Source of the DNA: Blasia pusilla | Taxonomy: Eukaryota | Length of the DNA stretch: 64,000 nt | Assembly: GCA_050084515.1 (NCBI GenBank) | Contig: CM114271.1 | Location: 17,236,001 to 17,300,000, forward strand | Reading direction: 5' to 3' | Shown here: piece by piece, positions 27,395-41,479 of the stretch | Numbering within the stretch: the stretch's first letter is position 1 | Layout of the letters: each line of letters opens with the position of its first letter | Notes under the pieces: generated by a model | What the model saw: the letters and a program-made list of their open reading frames with translations, nothing else | What the model was told of the DNA's origin: nothing | Databases searched by the model: none | Translations under genes and position numbers: made by a program

Positions 27395-28673
27395 GATTGT
27401 TAATTTGAATTCGTTACACATGCCATCACAAAAACAACCCACAATATATACATGTCATCATCATAAATCCATCCTTTTATAATTATATAAATTAATAATA
27501 TTTAATATTATTCCAAAACCTAATTTACACAAAATAACATGACCTTAGATAACATGGGCATAACCCTAATAAGAAAACAAATCAACTCGTGACCCCCCGG
27601 AGCGTTAACTCAACCAGAGTCTACCGTACGTCAGTTAACGGAAACTCTTCCAACGGCACGTCGCTCCGTCGGTACAAATCCCACCTAAAGTTGCCACGAC
27701 GTCCACTACAGTGAACGCTTCCGCTGGGTAATAGCATGATCCCATCAGATCAGAGACACAATCCTTTATTCAGCGATTAGAACCCAAAAAGTGCCTCCTT
27801 GGCATCTTCATGTAATCAGACTCTGAAACCCACAGGTCCTCGAGTACCTTGCGATCCGATCGGATCAGATTTTCTGTCAGTCTTACGGACTTACAGTCCG
27901 TGTCAAGGACTCACGGATCCATGCTCCTGTCACCCTCAGCCTCCAAAATTGACTCTATGGCACAAGAGTCTAAATGCGTGTGCTCCCATTTGTCTGGAAG
28001 TCCAACTGCCCAAAAGTGCCTTTTTTGCGGAGCCCACGGTTTAGTGGACAGGAACTGGCTTAGCCTTAGCTGAAGGGGCCCCTGCAGTATTGAGCTCTGT
28101 ATGCTTAACTTTGTTTAGTAATCATGATTAAAAAAGCGCATAATAAAGTGGATTTTCAAATTGAAATAAAAACTTATCCACTTTATTATAGAAATGACTT
28201 TACTACTTAGACCTTTTGTCATGAAATCTCGAAAAGAATACACTTTCCATATTAGGACCACTCGTCTCTATTGGATATTCATTTATAGGGAAGGCCTCTC
28301 TTTTCTTTTTGTGCTGGTATCCTTAGATATGATAGGTTCGTTGACGTTTGATGGATTTAAATTCCCAATCCCCTTTTATTCATGCAATGAATTCTTTTTC
28401 TATGAAATAAGAAGTTGAAATAATTTTTTTAGGACCACCAAAGGACCTAGCAAAAGGCTAGCTCAAGACAATGAAGACATACTCATCTTTTAGAACTTTG
28501 AAAATGAGAAAAAAAAATTATCTCAAGTGGTATGAAAGAAAATTTTATATCAATAAAATAGTAGTGAAAATAACTCGGCATTTTTTTATAGAGAATTGAT
28601 ACATTTCAAATTAATCATTTTCTATAAAATAATGTTTATAAAATCAACTCTATTTTTTAAATTATGACATTTT

Positions 28674-29390
28674 CATGCTTGCACAAAAATGGACATGGAC
28701 AGACAAGTCTGAACATTTCCATGGACATGGATTGCAAGAGGTGGGACCCACACTTATACTTCAGGATGGAAGACAAGGCAAAAGTGAGTAGGGCAATAAG
28801 AGGGGAGAGAGTGGAGATGGAGGGTGTAAGAAACAAGAGAGTATCGAACACAAATGCAATTGGGGGAAATGAGAAAGAAGGAGAAGATGGAGTCCACATG
28901 GCACATAGCAAGGTTACACACGGACAAAGTCCATGTCTACGGACTTATGTTTGTACTATAGATACATATGTCCGTGCGGGCTTGGGTAAGTGGGGCCCGC
29001 ACCCGAGCCCGAGCCCACGCACGCGCCCATTGTGTGGCCCGCAGCTCGATCTGGGGCGAGCTCGGGGCAGGCCTCGAGCCCGCCTTGCGGGCCCTCGGCA
29101 GGCTGGGCACGAACCTCACGCAAGGCTCGCATGGAAGGCTTGTTGGGGGCCTCAAGCCCGTGCCTAGCCCACCCCAGGCCCCCAACCCGCGCCGACACTA
29201 GGTTGCGGGCCACGCAACAAGTGCGAGATCGAGGAGGGCTCAAGGCCGAGCTCAGGTGCGGGTCGGGCATGTCCATTCCTAAGCAACCATGACACATAGA
29301 CAAGTCCTTCTATGAGGCGGATGTAAGTCCACCGATATGGATATGTCCGCGGATAGCGTCGGACACAGACCGACTCCACATACAACCTCG
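28674..29390. mobile_element. Older hAT-type element containing a nested copy
   Basis: Degenerate termini CATGCTTGCACAAAAATGGAC...TACAACCTCG; flanks GACATTTT / GATATTTT (7/8). Confidence 0.72.
28909..29291. mobile_element. Nested hAT-type MITE
   Basis: Termini CAAGGTTACAC...GCAACCATG; flanks GCACATAG / ACACATAG (7/8). Confidence 0.75.
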
Positions 29391-32300
29391 GATATTTTCT
29401 TACTGTAATAATTATTTTTGAAAAAAAAAATCCTTCATGAAGAAATAATTCTAGAAAAAAATAAAAATTGGAACTAAACTCCAAACATCCAACCTAAGAT
29501 CATATGCTATGAAGAAGGGATCTAAGTCCATCCTCCTTAGGCTCCTTAGGTTCATAGGATTGAGGTTAGACCTTTGTCATGTGATGAATCAAAATATAAT
29601 ATTCTTCAAAGGAAAAAATCTTATATTTTTTTCCGTTCAAAATAAATCCAAACAAATTTCTTTTCTTGGAGATGAGGAAAATATTTTAAAAAGAAAATTT
29701 GGTAAAAAAATATTGTGACATAATAAGGGGTAAATTACTAAAAAAAAATAGACTAACAATTGCTACTTCTCCCTACTTTTGTTACTTCTCCTTCAAGGAT
29801 GTCACTATACATATGCCCAGGGGAAGGGGGTCTTATGCCCCATATACCATGTGCGGCTAGGCTCCTATTTGACCCTCCTTATTTTCAGTCAATTAAAACT
29901 TTTTTGACTCAATTAAAAATATGCCTATAAAAAAATACCCTTCAAGAACTGTTTGGCTACTTTTTTCCCTATTTGATCCTTCCTTTCTTTATTTTTTTTA
30001 ATAATCCAAAAATATTAAAAATACCCTTAAGTTTGACGTACGTTGCTGTTGACTTTTCCTTCAATGACATTCCATAGACTTCTCCCATAGCTTTACTATC
30101 TAAATCATTCAATTTTATTCACATGAATCATTCATTTGAGAGTATGGGGCATGTATCATGCTCCAAGATGTTTGAAAGATAATAAAAATAATGGGAGATA
30201 AGGATGAGAGGGAAAACCCATAAAAGTATCAAACTCATAATTTCTTCTTCAGACTCTTGATAACATCTATTTCCAATATCAAGTTGGATGTAGATTACGC
30301 GAACCAAAAGCATCACATAACATTATGTAACTCTATGATCCCTACTATTCCAAAGAATGAAAGTATTGATGGATCTCTATATTGACCTCTTTCTTCTCTT
30401 AAGGGTTAAAATTTTGACTTGGATATTGTGTGATCCATGTTAATTTTTTTGCAGTTCAAACTCCAAGAATGCATTCACAATTAATAATACAAAAAATTCA
30501 TTAAGAACATATTCTTGTATAAAACTAGGTATGTAGAATCAATTAATGTTGTAACGATTTCGTGTTAAAGAATTGGAAAGATATGAAAATGAGATTTGGT
30601 TGAAGGAAAAATAATCATCAAAGATATCACGTCCTATAAAATAAAAAAATTTAAGAAAAAATATCTTGCTTTAAAAGTGGGAAATAGTGAGGAAATTTTG
30701 AAAACTCAAAGAAAATTGAAGAAATTGAATTCTAACTCATATTTTTAATGAATAGTATAGAAGGAAAGGGATGAGATCATGAGGAGAAAAGTGACATTCT
30801 TACATTTTTTGTACATATCATATTGGAATTTAGGGTAACTAAGGGTGAGAAATGATACGGACACTTGCAACTCTCTAGGATATTAAAAAGTTTTAGAATA
30901 GAAAGATTGTCCTCTAATAGCTAGTAAGAGCCCCCACTTTTGCGTTGAGTATTTGAGTGTATTCCTTGAACAAACTTCAACAAAGATAACTTGCCCACCT
31001 TCTGCAAAAGCATTCATTGAACAAATTAAAAAATTAAAAAATTTTACTATTGTCTTTTATCTTAATTTATTATGTAGCTACAAAGTACTTGTAATGTGCT
31101 TACGACGGGATTTGAGATTATGGAGAGTATTTTATTCAATGATGTGAATCTTTCTCCGCCTTATCCAAGTTCTTACTTGAAATCTATTAGCATATTAGAG
31201 AGGGGTTTTCATTCCCCGTGAAGGGCAAGACAACCGTGACCACAAATTTGAGTATCTCAAAGGTTATGGGTAGGATTTTTAGTCAATTCAATTCCATGGG
31301 ATTTTTCTAAAAAAAATTACATGATAAGCGAATATGGAGGAAAATTTAAGGTGCTATTTTTGTGAAACAGATATCACCTAGATCATGCTAAATGGTTTAC
31401 CAGTGGACCACATTTATATCCGTTCCATATCAGTGCAAACTAGTGTGACCTAGAATTTCCCACCATTTGTCTTATCTCTTAATTAGAACGTTTAAATCTT
31501 ATTCATATGCTAATGTCACGGCCCTTCTTCATAATATAAGTGACTACTAACTATTCCCACTATGGGACAGACTTACGAGGCAATTGACAAGAGTGGCAAA
31601 CATTGGAAACCCATCTTCCACATCAATCATGATAGACACTTTGTTAGTTCATGGAGATGGCCTAGGATCAAGAGTCTTCAATTAATATAGAGCATGAAAA
31701 TAATGCCAAAGTTTGGATGAAATATCATGGATGGCCCCCACATTCTTGAATTATGAGATGGCTCTAAATCAAGTCTTAGATTGCAAGGGGGATCACAACA
31801 CAAGTCTCACTTGGGAAAAGAAATGCCAAGTATTTGCAACTCATTGAGAAGCTCATTCAAGAAGGCAGTTCAATTCCTATTGGGTAAACTTTTGGCAAAC
31901 TTGGATAACCGAAACAAATTGACGTTAGCAAATACGTTCATTCCAATAGAAATGCACATCGATATCGTAAATATGTAAGAGATTTTTTCTCTTAATTTCT
32001 TCTTCAACCATAGCTTTCATGGTTTTTTTTCCCACCAATATCATATTTAGTGACCAAATTGATCATGAGAAGGGGACCTACATTTATAAATCCAAGTCAA
32101 TCCTACACATACTTCACTATCGACTCTATGTCATAAGTCATTCTAAACATTGCATTGGATCAATAGAAGGCCGCCACCCTCAAGATCATGGTAAGTTCCA
32201 ATTACATCATGCTTTATGCATCATGTAATTACCTCTACAATTGAGCCAATAAAATCTTCAATTTAGCTCTAAACACATATGGAACAAAAGAAAAAATATT

Positions 32301-35300
32301 TTACCATAAAAGAATTAAGTGAAGTCTTGTCCATCATACAAGGAATCCAATCTCTCATCGAAACCTATATCCAAGAAAATTATCATCAATCTATGTATTA
32401 TTTAGAGCCTATGAAACAAGGAGAGCATGAAGAACTGGGTAAGAATTCAAATATATAGGGGAAAAATCAAATTCAACATTTTTATTTGGTAAGGATAATT
32501 GAACTACCAATTCATGCTCACCTTCAATGGTTTGGAAGAAAGTTTAAAATTTTGAAAAAAAATTTATCCACATCAATCCTAGTAAAACAAACCACATAAA
32601 TTTGTTTTTTTGTGTGCACAAAAAGCCATGATAGAGTTTTATTAGTGAATGTAATAGTAAATTTTATCCAACCACTAAAAAGAAAGAAGATGATTAAGCT
32701 AGGAAGAGCTTTTTTGTGGTTATTAGTGTTCAACATGGAAAGTGGACAAGTCTTGGAGAGAATCAACATTGTTTAGTATTCCCACGAGATCGATGCTAGA
32801 TATCTCAATTCCTTAAAACGTCGATACAATAGGATTGATATTTTGTTTAATTTTATACAAAAGTGGTCTAAGAGAAAATTTGGTCATACATAAATGATGA
32901 GTTCGAATACAATTTCCCACCACAAACTTCTATAACTAAATTATTTCTAATAAAATAGGAATATTTTTAACAAAGAAATACATCTTTCTTTTGCTATTTC
33001 ACACATCCCATACTATGACAAGTTTCCCTATTATATCTTACTTCAATGTAGTTAGATATAATAGGGACTCCGGGACAAGTATTAGATAGGATTATTAGAA
33101 TTGAAACCTTATCTACCTCCTGTTATTTTAACTAATTATAAATTTTTTCCAGGTTTTATTTTTCCTTCATCTTCATCCATTCATTTTTTCCTTCTTAAAT
33201 ATTTTACTTTTCCTTTTAAGAAAATACCCAAAAATAGAAAATAAGGATTTCCTTATAAAAATAACTACACAAATGATTATTCTAATTTATTTAAGAATCA
33301 TATGGTGATCGTATCCGCCATTGGGAAAAAAATGACACTATTTGGTCATAAAAATATCCCAAATTAGCAAAATTACAAATTAGATATCCTTGTATGTATC
33401 TAACAAAAAATTGTATCCTACTAAATAGATAAAATGCTGGATTATAAAGAAAGATGGTAATCTTGGAGTTTCAAAGTCAAAATTCTTAAAAGTTACAAGC
33501 AAGTAGTTTTTTTTTCCCGGAAATTGATACTTTTTTTTAATGGTCAAGAAATAATTTTTGAAATTTACTAAGTTTCAAACGGTTATCTAATACGGTACAT
33601 AATCTATCAAAGGATATTGTTTCACTCTGTTGAACGCCTTCGAGCATGATATCTGTCCCTCTTACATAGAAATCAATGCATTTTGGAAGTAGTGATTAGG
33701 AAACGTATTTTTTCCATCCTTCTATCTTTCTTTTTTATTGTGAATTTTTTAATATTTCCTCCTCGTTTCCTATCTATGGCTTATTATTTTCTATTCTATC
33801 TCGACCCTTATGGATATGAATCTTAGGGTTTTATCTCCCTTCACTAAAGCCTCTAGCCTAAAAATCCTTTTTTTTTAAATTAAGAAAAATTCCATTATTG
33901 GGTTTCCAACGAGTTTGCTATCTCCTTAAGTTTTGGTTTATTTTCCCTCTTCAAGAAAGAACCTCCTTTAGCATCCATCAAATTTATGCTTACTGTGGAA
34001 CACCAACACGTACTTCGGGAATTAATAACATCAAAATTGATGAACAATGTGACAAAACCGTCATGGGAATATTTATATGAACCTGAGATCTTATTTCATG
34101 ATATTATAAAACTAATGAAATTACAAGTAAGTTAAAAATCTTTTGCTGGGAACCATCTTCTTGCTGTCCTGTATTTGCAAAAAAGAAACCACTCTCATAT
34201 ATAAATATAATGAGGAGGATGTAGGCTCACTCTAAGATTACAACCAAATTAGATATTTTCTTAAAATGAAAAACAAAAAACACCCTCATTGGATTGATTC
34301 CTTCTTGTAGACGTTTTGTTTTTCTTAAAATACGGAATATGTTTCCCGTAAATAAAGAATATCTGAATCCGGTGCATGATTTTATAGCCGGCCATGTATC
34401 GGTTTCCGGCGCTCGCTAGGGTTCCGTTAGGGCTTCTGCGCACGCCCACAGCGTGCACAGAAGATGTTGCTGTATTGACGACCAGAGCCGCACTCTCTCT
34501 CCCTCTGCTTCAACAATTATTCCATATCTCTCGTTTTTCCCGCCCTCGCTCCTCTCACACTCATGAGAAAGTCTACGGCGAAGTTGGTAGGGCTCCGTGA
34601 AGTGAAATGATGGAAGAATGAATAGAGAGCGGGACGATCGATGTTGAGCGCGCTTCGAGGGAGAATCGAGAGAGCGGAGGAATCGGGAGGATTCGCGCGA
34701 GAGCACGGAATTGCGGGAATAGAATACGGAGGATGCCGGCGAACCACGGAGTACGTTAATATATAATACATCATTTCGTTTCGCCTCAACATGGATTATC
34801 GCATTCCGTTTCAATTTAAGTGTCGCCGTCCACCAATCTTGGAATGTGAAAATACGGCCGCAGCGCCATGTGATTCGTGATTACCCCCCTAGTTCGTTAA
34901 GTGCTGTTATTCCAGCCCTCATAGAGGTCATGGAGTCAGAACTCTGCGTTTCTGACTCTATTGAGCTCGCTCGCTTGCTGGCGCCGTGTTGTAATGGAGA
35001 TGCAGAATTTCATAGCACGATTGCTGGAAGCAAAGTTCGAGTCACAAGAATCGGGATCGCCGCTCATTCATTCATTCATTCATCTTTCCGAAAGCTGCGA
35101 GTGGCGCAGGCCAGCCCGTCCGTCCGTCCATATCATCGTCATTATGATGGAAGCATCGGAACCTTTCGCTCCACTCGCCTACTCGTACTCGTGGACACGG
35201 GACTCCGACTCACAAATGTCGAGCACGAAATCGAAGTGCCTCAAATTCGTGTTTGCGTTATTGAGCTCGCACGCGACTGCTCAGCCGGTATGAGCTGGCT

Positions 35301-35639
35301 GCAGTACCCGGTACCCGGTCGCCTTGGAACCGGCTAGGCGCTCGGGTCTCGTGACGTTCGAACGGTATGGAATGAATGAGTGTTATTAGTGGTAAAATGA
35401 TTGGTCGATTGATTGATTTGCTATGCATATGCAAAATCAGTTCCCCGGAATTATATGTTCTTTTTTTTATTCTTAGAAGTAGAAAAGGAAGTCAGGAATT
35501 GAGATACAAAATTTGATAAGTCAAACTCGAAAATCAATTCTACCAGCTTAGCGAATGATTAATAGTTTGAAATGAATCTTCATAATTTAAAACAAATCTG
35601 CCGCGATTTTTAGTGGTTGGTGAGGCGAAAATGGATAGA

Positions 35640-37300
35640 GAGTTGAGTGAGTCGATGACCACCAACCACTTTGGCTTGACATATCAATGCCGATGTTTAT
35701 GCATGTTGTAATGCCATTGAGATGTAATGATGAAAACGAGTAGTGACAACGTAAAGAGAGTATTACAACAAGGGATGAGTTGATGATTCTCGAGGAAATG
35801 GTCAACATCTATTTTCAAGAAATTATCAAAAGATACATTGTAAAAGCAATAGATTCGTCGCTCACATGTCTGGCCGAAAAGAAGTGACTCTTTGATTCTT
35901 TATGATACATGACCCGTAGAACCTTTAGTATGTGCAACTCAACACACTAAATCAGAATAGGTTGGATCAACAACCACCACATCACCCAATAAACGAAAGC
36001 CACTTCTAGATATCATAAGATAAACTCTTCGACAAGAGTTGCTTGTCTAGTAGAAGGTAGAATATCTAGTTGCTTTTGTCCAACGATATACCTTGCACTA
36101 CAAGCCATTGATATTATGACCTCTTCGATCACATCATGGGTCGTTGTTCATTCTCCACCATAGGTACATCGCAGATTCTGTGTACCCTTTGCATGAATAC
36201 GATCCCCGCATACAAAATTAGGCATACTTAGAAGAGAAAGATGAGGAAGTCCAAAGTATAATTGTAAAGTTTTCAAGAATATACTCTGTGGAAGACGAAG
36301 TGGAAGAATAAAAGGATTTGCAATAAGTCATACCCCCACTGCAACACCCGCACATGAATGTAGAAAATTTGGAAGAGTGTTAGAGGATGCCTCAAAGAGA
36401 ATGTTGGAAAAGTTGATTTTATACAAATTCTCAAAGATAAGCTCTTGAAATCAATTAATCCCTTCGGAAAAATCCATTTATTGGAAGGGGATAAAATTTC
36501 TTGTGTATCAAGAGGAAGAAGAGCCCAGACAGATTTGACTTGTTTGGAATAGTACATGAAGCCAATTGGCATACCAAACAATTAAACCCTTTTGATACAA
36601 TTGATACATAGTAGGTGGGATGAATATTGAGGAAAGGCATGAAGGAGACCATACTCAACATTTACTAGGTTGGAACTTTAAGCTTAAGATAGAGAGTTTC
36701 TCCAGAAAATAGGTATAAGCAAAAAACCACTTTAGAAGGAGAACCTATAATGTGGGTATTATTAATATACAAGAGAAGAAATAAGATGAAAATGTTTGTG
36801 CTAATGATGAAAGGGCGCAAAAATGTGCAATGGAAAAAAGTGGGCCACCCATGGGATCATCTTGACATATGCCACATCATGCCCACATGCTTATTGAAAG
36901 ATACTATATTTTCTAAAAGTATTATGGTGAAAATAGATAATGGGTGAATCATAGGTAAGAAGGAGTGAACAATGGAATGAGACTTGGTAGTTGTCCTCCT
37001 ACAAAGCATAACTCCTCGAATATGGACACGCAAGAAACTAAATTCAATATGTTAGCCATATCAACTTATATTGCTAATCTATTACCCAATCTAGATGAAT
37101 ATCAAGATTGAAGTATATCCCATGAATCACTATCTCACAATCATTAGGGATACCCACTCCAAATTGATGAGGAAATATGTGGATGCTAAAGTGGGGATAA
37201 AATTGCAAGCATAAGGATTGACTAACCAGGCATAATAAAACTTGTCCAATAGCCAAAGGACGCCTATTAGAAGGAGGCTTATCCATACTCAAAATATGAT
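35640..37300 (-). mobile_element. Decayed CRE-like (RLE-type) non-LTR retrotransposon remnant
   Basis: Ordered minus-strand motifs: RPLAIGQVLLCLVSQSLC, PHQFGVG, VDMANILN (cf. D..NAFN), CQDDPMGGPLFSIAH (cf. QGDPLGP.LF), INNTHIIG (cf. .DDT), CVCG...NLRCTYGGE*TTTHD (CCHC region) and ISMALQHA (cf. SIALQR). Many stops and frameshifts. Confidence 0.75.
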
Positions 37301-37844
37301 AAGCCCTAAAGAGCCTAAGGATGAAGATTCAACAAAATATTAAGTGTTGAATTTTTAAGATTTTTTTTAAACTAAATATTTGGGTTTTTGGTTTCCACGC
37401 AGGTAAATTTTTCTAATAGATTTCTTGTCAATGATAAGATGTCCAATGGAACATTCAAGATTAAATATTCAAGAAGTTTTTGAAGAAATTACTGAATATT
37501 TGACTTAGGAAAAACCTTGCTAATTTGCAAAGGATAGAATATGGAAAACACCTTTTCGTAATATTACTAATGTATACACACACCTTCTACTGAGACATAA
37601 AGCCACTTGTTGAATATTCTATGATAGAGAAATCGCAAAGATGATAAAAAAACCATATCTAATAGTCAAAATTTCCAGTCAAATTTTATTTTATTTTATT
37701 CCATAAAAGATGGTGTATCACCATTTAAAAGGGATGAATAGCTTCTAAGGGTGTGATTGTGTTCGCAGTTGGAATTGTCAAAGAGGGAGGGTCCCAATGC
37801 TCGAGCTACATGTGAAAACTTACCAACTTGCCCTAAAAATAGGC

Positions 37845-38042
37845 TAGATGGGCTGAGTTGCTACTAAGGCCTTTGCTTGAAGTAAATCCTCATTGATTAT
37901 ACTATTCCACTAGATGGGATGAGTTGCTACTAAGGCCTTTGCTTGAAGTAAATCCTCATTGATTATACTATTCCAATAGATGGGATGAGTTGCTACTAAG
38001 GCCTTTGCTTGAAGTAAATGCTAATTGATTATACTATTCCAC
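37845..38042. repeat. Tandem repeat, 66 bp x3
   Basis: TAGATGGG(C/A)TGAGTTGCTACTAAGGCCTTTGCTTGAAGTAAATCCTCATTGATTATACTATTCCA(C/A) starting at 37845, 37911 and 37977. Confidence 0.95.
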
Positions 38043-38995
38043 TTTGGTCTCACTTTTACTTTGCATTAATATCTTTGCTCCATACTAGTTTTAAATGCAC
38101 ACGTCATTTTCAAAAGTTATCCATACCACATTCTTATTGGAAGGAAAAGAATCCTTCTCTTTTCACTATGGAAAAAAAATAGCTTATGTCTTATTTAGAA
38201 AGCATCATCGGTTGGTTATTCTAACAACAATTAATGTTTTCCAAATGATGACTTGTAATAGAAGCGCCATGGCAATAATAGGGTGCACAATGGACGTTTT
38301 TTAAATACGAAATATTCATGTGATATCAAGCCTAGGACCCAAAGGCTTGAAAAACTAGAACTCTTTTTTTCACATTTTTCAGCCAATAAATTTCTTCCTA
38401 AAAAATTGGTAGATGTTTTCCAAACCAAAGTTACCTTGGGAAAGGCTTTCTTTTTTGGCCCATGTGGCCACCAAAAACCCATATAAATTAGGGGTTGAGA
38501 CCTATCGTCCATAAAGCATGCACAATGAATGAAATTTCCTTTCAAGGAAGACTCCCAACCAATAAATTTTTTTCTTTGTGAAGGAGCATTTCTTACAAAG
38601 AGGAAGATATTGCCACCACCAAAAAAAGAAATCCCAAAAGAAGCAAATCATAATATCCTTAGACCATCAACATTATTCTAGATGCATAGATAAAATTATT
38701 ATCTCCAAGAATTGTACTTTTTTCCTTTCCGTGTGTTCAAACAATACATGTCGAACAAAACCATCCCCCAAATATGTTGAGGGGCCATGAAGTGCTCCTC
38801 AAAAATAAGGGAGCACTTCTTGGCTCTCTCCTCAAATACTTCTTGAAAAGAGGCCAAAAAAATGAAGGATAGACTTGAACTTCTTTGAGTAACAAAAGAA
38901 TCTATATAGATCAAACAAGTATAATTTTTTTTCTCAACAGAAGTTAAATTGTAAAAAAAAATTCTTATCATTTTCTTGCATTTTCCACTCATAAT

Positions 38996-39421
38996 CAAAG
39001 TTGTATGAAAACGGACATGCCCGGCCTGCACCCGAGCCTATGCAGAGCCCGAGGTGGAGCCCGCCGCGTAGACCCGGGCTCACACAGCCCGCACCCGGTA
39101 GGGCTCGCAACGTGGATTTGGCCCCCATTGGACGGGCTCAAGGCCCTACGCGGGCCCTAAGGCAGTATGGCGCGCTTTGGGCGGGCTCCCAGGCCGCTCC
39201 TTGAGGACCTTGCACGGACCTAGAGCCTGTCATGCGGGCCAACCGCAGGCCCTGGCGGGCGACGCAACGGGTGCGGGCTCCATCAGCCCGGGTCTACGCG
39301 GCGGGCTCGAGGGTGGGCTCAGGTACAAGCCGCGACTACTTGCGCCCGCATGGACATGTCCATCCATAGGACGGACATAATTTAAGTTTGTAGACATGGA
39401 CTTTGTCCGTGTGCAACCTTG
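38996..39421. mobile_element. Non-autonomous hAT-type MITE (426 bp)
   Basis: Termini CAAAGTTGTAT...GTGCAACCTTG; perfect 8-bp TSD CTCATAAT (38988-38995 / 39422-39429). Confidence 0.9.
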
Positions 39422-41479
39422 CTCATAATATGGTTAAGAAAATGTATACGTCATTTCACTTTCAAAGGTTGATATTTTATTAGCACATTCTTATATTCTA
39501 AAAAATTTCACAAGTAGTAAGTTATATTCATTTTGAATAAATATTTTAACAATTAATTCAATGAAAATGATTATAAAATGGCTGAAAAGCAAGAGGAAGA
39601 CATGAAAAGAAAATTTTATTTGAGAAGAGGTTAAAGTAAGGAACAAAGGCTCGTTTCTTTCTTTTTAACTCCAAATAAAAAGTGGGGAATTAGAGGGATT
39701 TTGATTCTCTTGAAAAGGAAGAAGGGTAGTGAATTCGGTCTAATTGAATCCTAAAATATGGAGGTGGATAGAATATTTTCCAAATTAAAAAGAGAGGAAA
39801 TATTTAAATTAAGAGAGGGAGCCAAAAATAGCATTGGTCTTTTTTTAAAACAAGGGATATGAACTGCTTCCTTAAAAATAAAATAAAAATTTCCAAATGA
39901 GGAGGTTTGAGTTGGGAAAAAAATCCACCCAAAATAAAAACCTTCTATGGAGTGTTTTCCAAATAGAGAATGGAATAATGGGATAGGGGTATAGAAGAAC
40001 CCCATCCGATTATTATGACAACAACTTTTCAAAAGCAAGGGGAAGAAGTTTTCTTTGGATCGTACAACAAGATAGAGGTGTACTATTTTTTTTTCTTACA
40101 TTATATATGTAAATATTTATGCAAAATATGGTATACAAAGAATGGGGAAAGTAGCCTTGGATGGATAAAAACGTTGCACAAGCTCAAGAGATGGTAATAT
40201 TCACGAAGATAAAAACTTGGATGATGGCCAAATTCATGGAAACCAACCCAGTAGATACGATTGTTACTTCTTGCCAACGTACACTTTGCCACAAACATTA
40301 TAAGGTTGGGACATGTCTTAGAATTGAGTGAGGCATCCATGCCATAATTGCCACAAATGCTTTTAGGGAGTATTTCAATGGGAGGGATACAAGGCAAAAG
40401 GAGAAGGCAAAAGAGATTGAGTCTATTGTGGCCAGTTGTAATTTTAGATAGAAGTTGAAGAATTTTTTGTTGCGACTTTGCCAACAATTATTTTCCTGAG
40501 AGAATATGATAACCATAAACCAACGACGGGACATATTTATCGCCATGTCTTTGAGATAATGGAAGAGACCTCATTTTTTCCCTATAAATTCATATCTATA
40601 TATATACACTTGCATAACATGATATTTTTCATGAATTTTTTCCTAAAAATATGGCTTAATATTTTTCCATGTCAAGACCATTCATGCATAAATGCAATTA
40701 TTTATTTATTTTCATATCCTTTCATTTGTGTAATTTATTTTTATCTTGCAGAATTATCTTCTCAAATAAAGAAGAGCATTTTTGGAAAAGGAAAGAAATT
40801 GTGATATTATTCCTTTTTATCATTATTATATCCCATGTTTATGATCTTCATTTGAATTATATTATAGAAATTACACCTTTATATAGGAGATTGTTACAAG
40901 CACTAGCCCCCAAGTGAGGGATTCCTATTTCAACTTATACACATGGTTCCCGCATAAAAATTAGAAATACCCATACATATGAAATTAAAGAAAAGAGAAA
41001 AATACTTGAGAGAATATCTTCAAAATTATTCATTTTGGTTTAATTAAATTTTTGCTCATTTTTTTTAAAAATCATAAAGAAGAACCAACATGAACTCAAA
41101 ATTTTCCATTCTATAATTGAAAGAATGTCCATCATATCTTTGGGCAATGAGGCTTAAGTGTCTATTGTTTTGGGCAATAAACTTTAACATAGGATTAGGA
41201 AATATACTAAATGTTTCTTTTGTTAATTTTTTTGGGTAAGTAGGAAGAAAAACCATTAGAAGGTGCATTTACGATAGAGCTTTGTATCGAACCTATGGAA
41301 AAGAACCATGGATGAATTGGAAATAAAATGGCATATACAACAGATTTTATAAACATAATATTTGTAGATAAGTAAGACAAATCAAGAAAAGAGGGGAGGG
41401 GAAGAGGGAGTATTAGATTGGGTTGCCTCTCTTTTCTCATTCACTTGCTCTCTCATTTTCATTTGCTTGGAGCCTCTCT

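Noticed and set aside
30100-32300. Possible copia gag-like and L1-like remnants on the minus strand
   Set aside because: Only faint motif resemblance in heavily decayed AT-rich sequence; cannot be supported without a search.
37845-38042. 66-bp x3 repeat as a CRISPR array
   Set aside because: Units are contiguous and near-identical with no unique spacers; no cas genes; eukaryotic context.
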